Shown here: piece after piece, positions 1 through 5,699 of the stretch | How positions within the stretch are numbered: the stretch's first letter is position 1 | Layout of the letters: the number at the start of each line of letters is the position of its first letter | Source: a virus | Lineage: Duplodnaviria; Heunggongvirae; Uroviricota; Caudoviricetes | DNA: 5,699 bases | Virus record (IMG/VR): IMGVR_UViG_2667527918_000008 | Reading direction: 5' to 3' (one strand) | Made by a program: the position numbers and the translations under genes | Notes under the pieces: generated by a model | What the model saw: the letters and a program-made list of their open reading frames with translations, nothing else | Databases searched by the model: none | What the model was told of the DNA's origin: nothing

Positions 1-228
1 CTAAGCAGGCGTTACAGCCTGGGGCTGTTGTTGCCCGGATCGCCAGAGAACACGATATCAGGGATTTCAGTGCCCAGTACTCCCACCGGAACGTATATAG
101 CATCCCCACAATTTTTCATTACGGGATGTTCAGAGCATTCATTACCGGGGTCATATTGCGCCCTGTCCGGGGTGCCGGATGCACATGTCTCTGGCGCAAT
201 GCCCGGGCTTTTTATTCGCACATCGTGA
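1..228 (+). CDS. Possible 3' end of an upstream gene running in from the window edge (tail-fibre-like C-terminus?); hypothetical
   Basis: Frame 1 is stop-free from position 1 to TGA at 226-228 (75 codons). The TGA overlaps a GAGG Shine-Dalgarno (227-230) placed 8 nt before the in-frame GTG at 239 of the next gene, a typical coupled-gene junction. The translation is Ser/Thr/Gly/Pro-rich with no motif I recognise. The opposite-strand ORF 12-221 is an equally long alternative. Confidence 0.25.
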   Translation, partial: LSRRYSLGLLLPGSPENTISGISVPSTPTGTYIASPQFFITGCSEHSLPGSYCALSGVPDAHVSGAMPGLFIRTS

Positions 229-238
229 GGAATGCACC

Positions 239-921
239 GTGGAAATTAAAAAAATCATTAATCCCCGTTATACCGAAAGTGGCGCAGTAGACTGTGACGT
301 TTTTTTTGACGACAGGGACCAGGCAGTCCCCTACACAGCCACCGCTGATGATGTCGCTCCGACGGGTCAGCAAATCTGGCAGGAACTGCAAAGCGGCAAA
401 TGGGGTGAGATAGCCCCATTCACTGTGACACCAGAAATGCTGGAAGCGGCCAGAGAGGCCAGACGTCAGGAAATTGAAGCATGGCGCGCAGAACAGGAGG
501 CGAAACCGCTCACGTTTGAATGGAACGGTCGTATCTGGAATGCTGGTCCCGATTCACTGGGCCGCCTGTCCCCGGTAGTCATGCTGGCAAAATCTGTCAC
601 AGCACAAACACATNNNNNNNNNNGCTGTTCACGTTTGAATGGAACGGTCGTATCTGGAATGCTGGTCCCGACTCACTGGGCCGCCTGTCCCCGGTAGTCA
701 TGCTGGCAAAATCTGTCACAGCACAAACACATATGGCGTGGAGCGATGCCGATAATCAGCAGGTGAAACTGTCGATGCCGGAACTGGAAGAACTGGCGGC
801 AGCAATGGTGCAGGCGCAGGTCGATCGCAACGATGAGATTTATCGCCGTCAGCGGGAGCTGAAGGAAGAGCTGAATAGTCTGAAGGATTTGAATTCGGTT
901 AGGAATTTTATCGTGGAATAA
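239..921 (+). CDS. Phage tail-fibre assembly / tail chaperone-like protein; reading frame interrupted by a scaffold gap (ORF-track pieces 179-697 and 520-921)
   Basis: The two ORF-track pieces encode the same peptide segment (TFEWNGRIWNAGPDSLGRLSPVVMLAKSVTAQTH) on either side of the N-run. Deleting 614-732 (119 nt) joins frame 2 at 613 to frame 1 at 733 and gives one continuous ORF of about 187 aa from GTG 239, or about 207 aa from ATG 179. GTG 239 has a GAGG SD at 227-230; ATG 179 and 185 are alternative starts. The C-terminal region (MAWSDADNQQVKLSMPELEELAAAMVQAQ...) resembles, from memory, DUF4376-type tail-fibre-assembly/chaperone proteins encoded downstream of tail-fibre genes. The functional call is unverified. 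Confidence 0.55.
511..613. repeat. Left copy of a 103-bp direct repeat flanking the N-gap
   Basis: 511-613 is identical to 630-732 except at one position (T at 553 versus C at 672), a synonymous GAT/GAC Asp codon in the respective coding frames. Sequence immediately upstream of the two copies differs (ccgct versus gctgtt). Confidence 0.9.
614..623. other. Assembly/scaffold gap (run of 10 N)
   Basis: Ten consecutive N characters. Confidence 0.95.
630..732. repeat. Right copy of the 103-bp direct repeat flanking the N-gap
   Basis: See the left copy: 102 of 103 positions identical, offset 119 nt. Confidence 0.9.
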
Positions 922-926
922 CAGAA

Positions 927-961
927 GCTGCGGCACGTCGTATGCAGGAACGTGCCGCGGT
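927..961. terminator. GC-rich hairpin in the tail-assembly/sitD intergenic region; candidate (possibly bidirectional) terminator
   Basis: GCGGCACGT (930-938) and ACGTGCCGC (950-958) are exact reverse complements, giving a 9-bp stem with an 11-nt loop, extendable with G-U pairs to 927-961. It lies 9 nt after the TAA stop at 919-921. The flanking U-tract is weak on both strands. Confidence 0.3.
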
Positions 962-1121
962 TGGCTGGTAAACTTTCGATAGTGCGAGTATTGAATGATT
1001 TCTAGGCGTTATCGATTTTACGTATTTTTTGCATGATAGAATTCGTACCTCCTCCCAACGACCTTCCATGGCTTTCCGGACTTCTGTAGGCTGGCGGACG
1101 ATGCTGTCCTCGGATGTTGTG

Positions 1122-1979
1122 CTAATTGGGTGATAACAGATCCTGTGTATGGGCGTTTCCCTTTGTGCGTGCGTTGATGCTGGTAACGGTAAACGTCATG
1201 ATGAACACGACCGCGAATAAGACGACAATCGTCGGAGCTGGTGCGCTGTCGATAAAAAAGGACAGCCAGACACCAGTCATTGACACTATTACCGATATGC
1301 CAGTCGCCAGTAGGAGCGCAATATGAAAGCGTTGTGTCAGGAGTACTGCAATGGCGCCAGGCGCAATGAGCAGAGAAATAGAGAGAATGATACCTACTGC
1401 TTTCAGCGTCGCCACAATGGTCAGGGAAACCATGCACAGCAGCCCATAATGCAGCCATCTCGTATGCAAACCGCTTACCTGCGCCTGTTGATAATCAAAG
1501 CTGAACAGCAAAAAATCCCGCCATTTTACGCTAATAACAAGTGTAACCAGCCCGGCAATAATCACCGTCTGGATTATGTCGCCGATGGTTATCCCGAGCA
1601 TGTCGCCGAAAAGAATATGGTCAAGATGTACGTCTGGTTTAATTGCAATATACAAGATCAGACCTGCGGCAAACATGCCAGAAAAAACAATCCCCATAAC
1701 TGTATCTTGCTTGATTCGGCTGTTGTCTTTCAGGTATCCCGTCGCCACCGCGCAGAATACTCCGGCGACGAATGCCCCTGTAGCCAGAGGTAACCCCAGA
1801 ATCCAGGTAAGCACGATGCCAGGAAAAACCGCATGACTCATCGCGTCACCCATCAGTGCCCAACCTTTCAGGACCAGAAAGACCGACAGCAGCGCACAGG
1901 GTATGGAAACTACCAGTGAAATCAGCAGTGCGTGACTCATAAAGGTGAACTGCAGTGGCTCCAGTAATAATGCCATCAT
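1122..1979 (-). CDS. sitD: Mn2+/Fe2+ ABC transporter permease SitD (ABC-3 family inner-membrane component)
   Basis: 285-aa highly hydrophobic multi-spanning protein, paralogous to the adjacent permease, at the fourth position of a binding-protein/ATPase/permease/permease operon. Its start overlaps the sitC stop (ATGA, 1976-1979). TAG stop at 1122-1124. Confidence 0.92.
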   Translation of the reverse strand: MMALLLEPLQFTFMSHALLISLVVSIPCALLSVFLVLKGWALMGDAMSHAVFPGIVLTWILGLPLATGAFVAGVFCAVATGYLKDNSRIKQDTVMGIVFSGMFAAGLILYIAIKPDVHLDHILFGDMLGITIGDIIQTVIIAGLVTLVISVKWRDFLLFSFDYQQAQVSGLHTRWLHYGLLCMVSLTIVATLKAVGIILSISLLIAPGAIAVLLTQRFHIALLLATGISVIVSMTGVWLSFFIDSAPAPTIVVLFAVVFIMTFTVTSINARTKGNAHTQDLLSPN

Positions 1980-2833
1980 GAGCGATCCTCCAGCGCTTTA
2001 TGCGCACGCCGACGATTTGCCAAAAGTCCATGGGTGGGCGCAAATACAAATGCTAAAAGAAACAGCAGTGTCTGCGCCACCACGATGATTCCACCTGTCG
2101 CGCCGTCCAGAAAGTAACTGACCCACGCGCCGAGGAAACTGGTTACACTGCCAATAGTTACAGCAATTATGAGCAGGCGGGGAAAACGATCGGTTAACAA
2201 CCATGCTGTTGCACCGGGAGTCACCACCAGACAGATCACCAGAAAGGCACCAACCGTTTGCAGCGCCGCAACGGTCGAAACCGACAGCAGGGTGAAGAAG
2301 AGGATTTTTAATCTGCCCGGATGTAATCCAATAGCACGGGCGTGATTCTCGTCGAAAAAGGTCACCATAAGATCTTTCCATTTGAAAAAAAGCACGATGA
2401 TCGAGAGAATGCCAATGATAGTGAGTTGCAGGATATCCGCCGGATCGATTGCCAGAATATTGCCCAGGACGATGGTCTGAATGTTCACGGATGTCGGGTT
2501 CAATGACACCATAAACAGCCCCAGGCCAAAAAAGGACGAGAAGATCAGGCCGATGATGGCATCTTCTTTTAAGCGGGTGCGTTGGTTAAGAAACAGCATG
2601 CTGCCCGCTGCCAGTCCGCCGGAAAAGAAGGCTCCCAGAGAAAACGGAAGCCCCAGCATATATGCCCCCGCAACACCCGGGACAATAGAGTGCGACAGCG
2701 CATCGCCAATCAGCGACCAGCCTTTTAGCATCAGATAGCATGACAGGAAAGCGCAGAGACCGCCGACCATTGCCGAGACCCACATCGCATTGAGCATATA
2801 TTCATAGCTGAAGGGTTCCAGTAGCACGTTCAT
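1976..2833 (-). CDS. sitC: Mn2+/Fe2+ ABC transporter permease SitC (ABC-3 family inner-membrane component)
   Basis: 285-aa hydrophobic membrane protein with clear similarity to the SitD ORF (shared LKGW..GDA.SH..PG core). Its start overlaps the sitB stop (ATGA, 2830-2833). Confidence 0.92.
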   Translation of the reverse strand: MNVLLEPFSYEYMLNAMWVSAMVGGLCAFLSCYLMLKGWSLIGDALSHSIVPGVAGAYMLGLPFSLGAFFSGGLAAGSMLFLNQRTRLKEDAIIGLIFSSFFGLGLFMVSLNPTSVNIQTIVLGNILAIDPADILQLTIIGILSIIVLFFKWKDLMVTFFDENHARAIGLHPGRLKILFFTLLSVSTVAALQTVGAFLVICLVVTPGATAWLLTDRFPRLLIIAVTIGSVTSFLGAWVSYFLDGATGGIIVVAQTLLFLLAFVFAPTHGLLANRRRAHKALEDRS

Positions 2834-3657
2834 CTTGCTTCCCTCTGCACCGCTGACGGTCGATGTGCCACAAAAGGGCGTTCATCGTCAGTAATAATGC
2901 TTTCTTCCGAGCCGTTAAGTGTGACATGGCGCAGTACGCCGCTAAAAGCCAGCTCCAGGTTCTCGGCTGTAAAAGTGGTGTCTGTCGGCCCGCTTGCCAG
3001 GACGGTGCCTTTGACCATGACCGTATAATCGCAAAATGTCGTGACTGAGCCGAGATTGTGCGTTGAGACAAGCATCGTTTTGCCTTCCGCGCGTAACTCC
3101 CTCAACAGGCTGATGATTTTCGCTTCGGTTTTCACATCAACGCCGGTAAAAGGTTCATCCAGCAGGATCACATCACCCTGCTGTGCAATTGCTCTCGCCA
3201 GAAAGACGCGTTTCTTTTGTCCACCGGAAAGCTCGCCGATTTGACGATGGCGAAAATCCACCATATCGACACGTTCCAGCGCATCGGTGACAATCTGACG
3301 ATCCCTCTTTTTGGCTATACGCAACATACCCATATGCCCATAGCGGCCCATCATCACCACATCTTCCACCAGTACAGGAAATGACCAGTCAACCTCTTCT
3401 GACTGAGGGACGTAGGCAACCAGGTTTTTCTGTAGCGCCTGTCGCGTGGGAATACCCAGAACAGATATCTTTCCGCTGGTCAGACGCACAAATCCCATAA
3501 TCGCTTTAAACAACGTCGATTTTCCGGAACCGTTTACCCCAACCAGAGCGGCAATAGATCCACTTGGTACTGTGAAGGATGCATCGCGCAGTGCTGTGTG
3601 CCCGTTACGCCAGGTGACAGTAACATCATTAACGACAATGCCTGCAGATTGCATCAT
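2830..3657 (-). CDS. sitB: Mn2+/Fe2+ ABC transporter ATP-binding protein SitB
   Basis: 275 aa with Walker [13 protein letters not shown] signature LSGGQKKR, Walker B VILLDEP and an H-loop STHN. Its ATG (3655-3657) overlaps the sitA TAA (3657-3659) by one base. Confidence 0.95.
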   Translation of the reverse strand: MMQSAGIVVNDVTVTWRNGHTALRDASFTVPSGSIAALVGVNGSGKSTLFKAIMGFVRLTSGKISVLGIPTRQALQKNLVAYVPQSEEVDWSFPVLVEDVVMMGRYGHMGMLRIAKKRDRQIVTDALERVDMVDFRHRQIGELSGGQKKRVFLARAIAQQGDVILLDEPFTGVDVKTEAKIISLLRELRAEGKTMLVSTHNLGSVTTFCDYTVMVKGTVLASGPTDTTFTAENLELAFSGVLRHVTLNGSEESIITDDERPFVAHRPSAVQREAR

Positions 3658-4571
3658 TATTTCTCCCTTTTCCCGGCTTTAATTCCCTGTACCAGCGTAC
3701 TGGTAGTAACCTTAAGAAGGTCGATATACGTAGGTACCGGGCCGTTTTCTGTGCTCAGGGAATCGACATAGAGCACACCGCCGTAGTGTGCGCCGGTTTC
3801 ACGCGCAACCTGACGCGCTGGTTTATCGGAAATCGTACTCTCGCTAAAGACTGCCGGGATATGATTTTTCTTAACTATATCAACAACCTTACGTACCTGC
3901 TGCGGTGTTCCTTGTTGATCGGCATTAATCGGCCACAGATAAAGCTCTTTTAGCCCCAAATCGCGTGCGAGATAAGAAAAAGCCCCTTCACTGGTGACCA
4001 TCCATCGCTGATTCTCAGGGAGTTCCGTAATCTGCTTACGCAGGGGGGCAAGGGTTTGGGTAATCTTGGCTTTATAAGTATCGGCATTACGTTGGTAGGT
4101 TTGTGCATTTGCCGGATCGTATTTTATCAACGCATCACGAATATTATCGACGTAAATCAGAGCATTATCTGGCGACATCCATGCATGGGGATTAGGTTTG
4201 CCCTCATAGGGTCCTTCGGTGATCCCTACTGGCGTCACACCCGAAGAGACAATTACTTCTGGAACCCCATTGAGATGCTGGTAAAAGCGTTGGAACCACA
4301 ATTCCAGATTCATACCATTGGCGAGAATCAGTTGTGCCCCCTGCGCACGTTTAATATCGCCAGGGGTAGGCTGATACTCATGAATTTCTGCACCAGGCTT
4401 GGTTATGGATGAGACTTCTGCAGCATCTCCAGCCACGTTTTTGGCCATATCCGCGATGATGGTAAATGTTGTAATGACCTTGAATTTTTCAGTTGCACTT
4501 GCCTGAAATGCGATCGAGCAGGTGAGGGCGAGGCACCCCAAGAGCATGGTTACTTTTTTTATTGAGTGCAT
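3657..4571 (-). CDS. sitA: Mn2+/Fe2+ ABC transporter periplasmic substrate-binding protein SitA (cluster A-I metal-binding protein, PsaA/YfeA/MntC-like)
   Basis: 304 aa with an N-terminal signal peptide ([26 protein letters not shown]). Candidate metal-ligand positions are in the expected order for the family: His in EIHEYQPTP, His in NPHAWMSP, Glu in TSEGAFSY and Asp in YVDSLS. It is the first gene of the operon, with only a weak SD (AGG about 9 nt upstream). Confidence 0.93.
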   Translation of the reverse strand: MHSIKKVTMLLGCLALTCSIAFQASATEKFKVITTFTIIADMAKNVAGDAAEVSSITKPGAEIHEYQPTPGDIKRAQGAQLILANGMNLELWFQRFYQHLNGVPEVIVSSGVTPVGITEGPYEGKPNPHAWMSPDNALIYVDNIRDALIKYDPANAQTYQRNADTYKAKITQTLAPLRKQITELPENQRWMVTSEGAFSYLARDLGLKELYLWPINADQQGTPQQVRKVVDIVKKNHIPAVFSESTISDKPARQVARETGAHYGGVLYVDSLSTENGPVPTYIDLLKVTTSTLVQGIKAGKREK

Positions 4572-4603
4572 AATTTAGTACCTATAGTGAGCAAAATTAG
4601 AAC

Positions 4604-4625
4604 AAACATAGCAACGGCTATGTTT
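4604..4625 (-). promoter_or_regulatory. Predicted MntR (Mn2+-responsive repressor) operator
   Basis: Perfect palindrome AAACATAGC-AACG-GCTATGTTT (9-bp arms, 4-bp spacer), 33-54 bp upstream of the sitA ATG and overlapping the predicted -10/+1. It matches the AACATAGC...GCTATGTT MntR box as I recall it from enterobacterial mntH/sitA promoters. Confidence 0.7.
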
Positions 4626-4652
4626 TATAGCATAACCTATACAAAATGAAAA
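4624..4652 (-). promoter_or_regulatory. Predicted sigma70 promoter of the sitABCD operon
   Basis: Read on the minus strand: -35 TTTTCA (4647-4652), a 17-nt spacer, then -10 TATAAA (4624-4629). This places the transcript start roughly 50 nt upstream of the sitA ATG. Prediction by eye only. Confidence 0.45.
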
Positions 4653-4666
4653 TAATTATCATTAAC
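4648..4666 (-). promoter_or_regulatory. Predicted Fur box (iron-responsive repressor site)
   Basis: Minus-strand GTTAATGATAATTATTTTC matches the 19-bp Fur consensus GATAATGATAATCATTATC at about 16 of 19 positions and overlaps the predicted -35. Confidence 0.65.
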
Positions 4667-4778
4667 AGCTTTGAGGCCTAAAACAGGGATTAGGTTGTTT
4701 CCTGCTGGCGACATGATATTGAGGAAAAAAGTAGAGCAGCTATTAGGCTTTGAAATGACTTTATGAGGAAAATTGTTG

Positions 4779-4862
4779 ATGGCAAAAATGGGGCAAAAAA
4801 GAGTGGGTTATCGTAGCTTATTGTTGTCGCTGATAATGTTTAACATATTGAAAAATAAATAA
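4779..4862 (+). CDS. Candidate small ORF (27 aa, MAKMGQKRVGYRSLLLSLIMFNILKNK); hypothetical small hydrophobic peptide
   Basis: ATG at 4779 preceded by GAGGA (4765-4769) with 9-nt spacing. Basic N-terminus followed by a hydrophobic stretch. No homology could be assessed; it sits in AT-rich DNA where chance ORFs are common. Confidence 0.15.
   Translation: MAKMGQKRVGYRSLLLSLIMFNILKNK
4781..4800. repeat. Pair of GG(G)GCAAA motifs spaced 11 bp, containing the 12-mer AAATGGGGCAAA (4786-4797)
   Basis: GGCAAAAATGGGGCAAAAAA. The 12-mer AAATGGGGCAAA recurs exactly at 4972-4983. Confidence 0.6.
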
Positions 4863-4971
4863 AATACTTATGAGTCAGATAGTTGTGATTTTTGCCCTTA
4901 CTTGTTCAGGTTGTATTGTTCTTTCTTTGTAATTTGTTGATTTTCTTGCATTATTTCAGTTCTCTGGTACT

Positions 4972-4994
4972 AAATGGGGCAAATTGGGGGCAAA
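4972..4994. repeat. Second pair of GGGGCAAA motifs spaced 11 bp (AAATGGGGCAAA then TTGGGGGCAAA), 9 bp from the integrase stop codon
   Basis: Exact 12-mer match to 4786-4797 followed by a degenerate copy one helical turn away, immediately 3' of the integrase gene. Candidate recombinase arm-type or accessory-protein binding sites. Confidence 0.6.
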
Positions 4995-5002
4995 CTTTGC
5001 AA

Positions 5003-5656
5003 CTACGATAACCGCGCATTCAACATGGCTATCTGTTCGTCGTTCATGTCATCAATCCACATACCGTAAATTTCATACACCATTTGCGCAGTTTCATGCC
5101 CCATCTGGCTGGCTATAAATGCCGGGTTCGCTCCTGCCGTCAACAGCCAGCAGGCAAAAGTATGTCGCGTATGGTACGGATTACGGCGGCGAATACCAGC
5201 ACGTTTTACTGCTGCATTCCATCTTGTACCCAAACTGCTTACCGAGTAATAAGGTTTCTGTTTTTCGTTACACACCCTGGGCATGAAAACAAAATGCAGT
5301 TTTTGTTTTTCAGTTCTGCCGTACTCCCGATGATAAAAAGTGATTTCGCTTTTGCGATGATGCCCGGTCAGTTTGTATTGCTCCTTCAGTGCTTCAAGAG
5401 CCGGCTGCAGTAATGCTACCGTCCGGATCCCGGCATTTGTTTTTGGGGGACCGAACATATCAAGTATCGTCAGGTTTCTTCTGACATTCACAATTCCCTT
5501 CTCGAAATCCACATCCTCCCACGCCAGAGCTGCCAGTTCCCCGTGACGAAGCCCGGAGTAAACGGCAAATTTCCACAAGTTTTGGCTCTGTCCTTTTTCA
5601 CTTTCCATTAATGCATTGAATTCTGTTTTAGATAACGGGTCAGGTAATGCTGCCAA
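5003..5656 (-). CDS. int: Tyrosine recombinase / phage integrase, C-terminal catalytic domain; the N-terminal part is either disrupted or lies beyond the window (possible pseudogene)
   Basis: The translation contains the conserved catalytic-domain elements GLRHGEL (box I Arg), HTRHTFA (box II) and MGHETAQMVYEIYG (C-terminal Tyr region). The frame meets an in-frame TAA at 5666-5668, so the only in-window start is a TTG directly after that stop. An intact integrase would be about 330-420 aa, not 217. Confidence 0.8.
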   Translation of the reverse strand: MAALPDPLSKTEFNALMESEKGQSQNLWKFAVYSGLRHGELAALAWEDVDFEKGIVNVRRNLTILDMFGPPKTNAGIRTVALLQPALEALKEQYKLTGHHRKSEITFYHREYGRTEKQKLHFVFMPRVCNEKQKPYYSVSSLGTRWNAAVKRAGIRRRNPYHTRHTFACWLLTAGANPAFIASQMGHETAQMVYEIYGMWIDDMNDEQIAMLNARLS

Positions 5657-5699
5657 CTTACTGATTTAGTGTATGATGGTGATTTTAAGGTGCTTGCGT

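Noticed and set aside
12-221. 69-aa minus-strand ORF at the left edge
   Set aside because: No RBS or recognisable product. The plus-strand frame 1 reading (1-228) gives a coupled stop/SD junction with the next gene, so it is slightly preferred, though neither is strongly supported.
673-936. 87-aa minus-strand ORF opposite the tail-assembly gene
   Set aside because: Antisense to the better-supported plus-strand gene; no RBS; leucine/glutamine-rich low-complexity product.
1002-1056. Strong Shine-Dalgarno-like GGGAGGAGG on the minus strand followed by a 10-codon mini-ORF (MQKIRKIDNA) downstream of sitD
   Set aside because: The ORF is too short and the spacing to the ATG is about 13 nt. More likely a chance purine-rich run; noted only because the SD match is unusually strong.
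1018-1458. 146-aa minus-strand ORF overlapping the sitD 3' end in another frame
   Set aside because: It overlaps the confident sitD frame, has a Cys/His/Arg-rich low-complexity translation and no RBS. Frame-shadow artefact.
1323-1793. 156-aa plus-strand ORF, and the neighbouring 1126-1326 and 1576-1836 plus-strand ORFs, inside sitD
   Set aside because: They lie antisense to, and entirely within, a well-supported membrane-protein gene; the translations are low-complexity with no motifs. Typical shadow ORFs.
1846-2381. Minus-strand ORFs 1846-2049 and 1998-2381 overlapping sitC/sitD in alternative frames
   Set aside because: Out-of-frame overlaps of confident permease genes; no independent support.
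2481-3682. Plus-strand ORFs 2481-2738, 2863-3048, 3041-3244 and 3446-3682, and minus-strand ORFs 2586-2783 and 2802-3071, within sitB/sitC
   Set aside because: All are embedded in, or antisense to, the sitB/sitC coding sequences, which carry clear ABC motifs. Shadow ORFs.
4056-4412. 118-aa plus-strand ORF antisense to sitA
   Set aside because: Entirely inside sitA on the opposite strand, with no RBS or motif.
4870-4932. 20-codon hydrophobic ORF (MSQIVVIFALTCSGCIVLSL) in the spacer
   Set aside because: No Shine-Dalgarno; AT-rich DNA produces such ORFs by chance.
4974-5069. Second ORF beginning MGQ within the GGGGCAAA repeat and running into the integrase 3' end
   Set aside because: No RBS, overlaps the integrase coding region on the opposite strand, and its MGQ start is simply the repeat read in frame.
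5084-5413. 109-aa plus-strand ORF antisense to the integrase
   Set aside because: Embedded antisense within the integrase catalytic-domain coding sequence; Cys/Arg-rich nonsense-like translation.
1-5699. Scan for CRISPR arrays, tRNA or rRNA genes and IS-element terminal inverted repeats
   Set aside because: No regularly spaced direct repeats, no tRNA-like T-arm or acceptor pattern, no rRNA-like sequence and no transposase ORF were seen by eye. A tRNA search of the spacer by software would still be worthwhile because an att site is suspected.

Overview
This window looks like an enterobacterial (E. coli/Shigella-like) prophage-associated accessory region whose cargo is the well-known sitABCD Mn2+/Fe2+ ABC-transporter operon; I do not see a new multi-gene system. 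All calls are made by eye from the sequence and the supplied ORF track; no database search was run. The sitABCD operon is complete on the minus strand (sitA 4571->3657, sitB 3657->2830, sitC 2833->1976, sitD 1979->1122), with each start codon overlapping the preceding stop. Upstream of sitA is a 431-bp AT-rich non-coding spacer (4572-5002) containing a predicted sigma70 promoter, a perfect palindromic MntR-type operator and a Fur box. On the left flank, a plus-strand phage tail-fibre-assembly/chaperone-like gene (about 239-921) is broken by a 10-N scaffold gap (614-623) flanked by a 103-bp direct repeat, most likely a contig join across a repeated phage gene. On the right flank, the C-terminal catalytic domain of a tyrosine integrase lies on the minus strand (5656->5003), with an in-frame TAA just upstream of it. 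No rRNA, tRNA or CRISPR was seen. The least explained material is the spacer between sitA and the integrase, which carries paired GGGGCAAA repeats and a possible small-peptide ORF.
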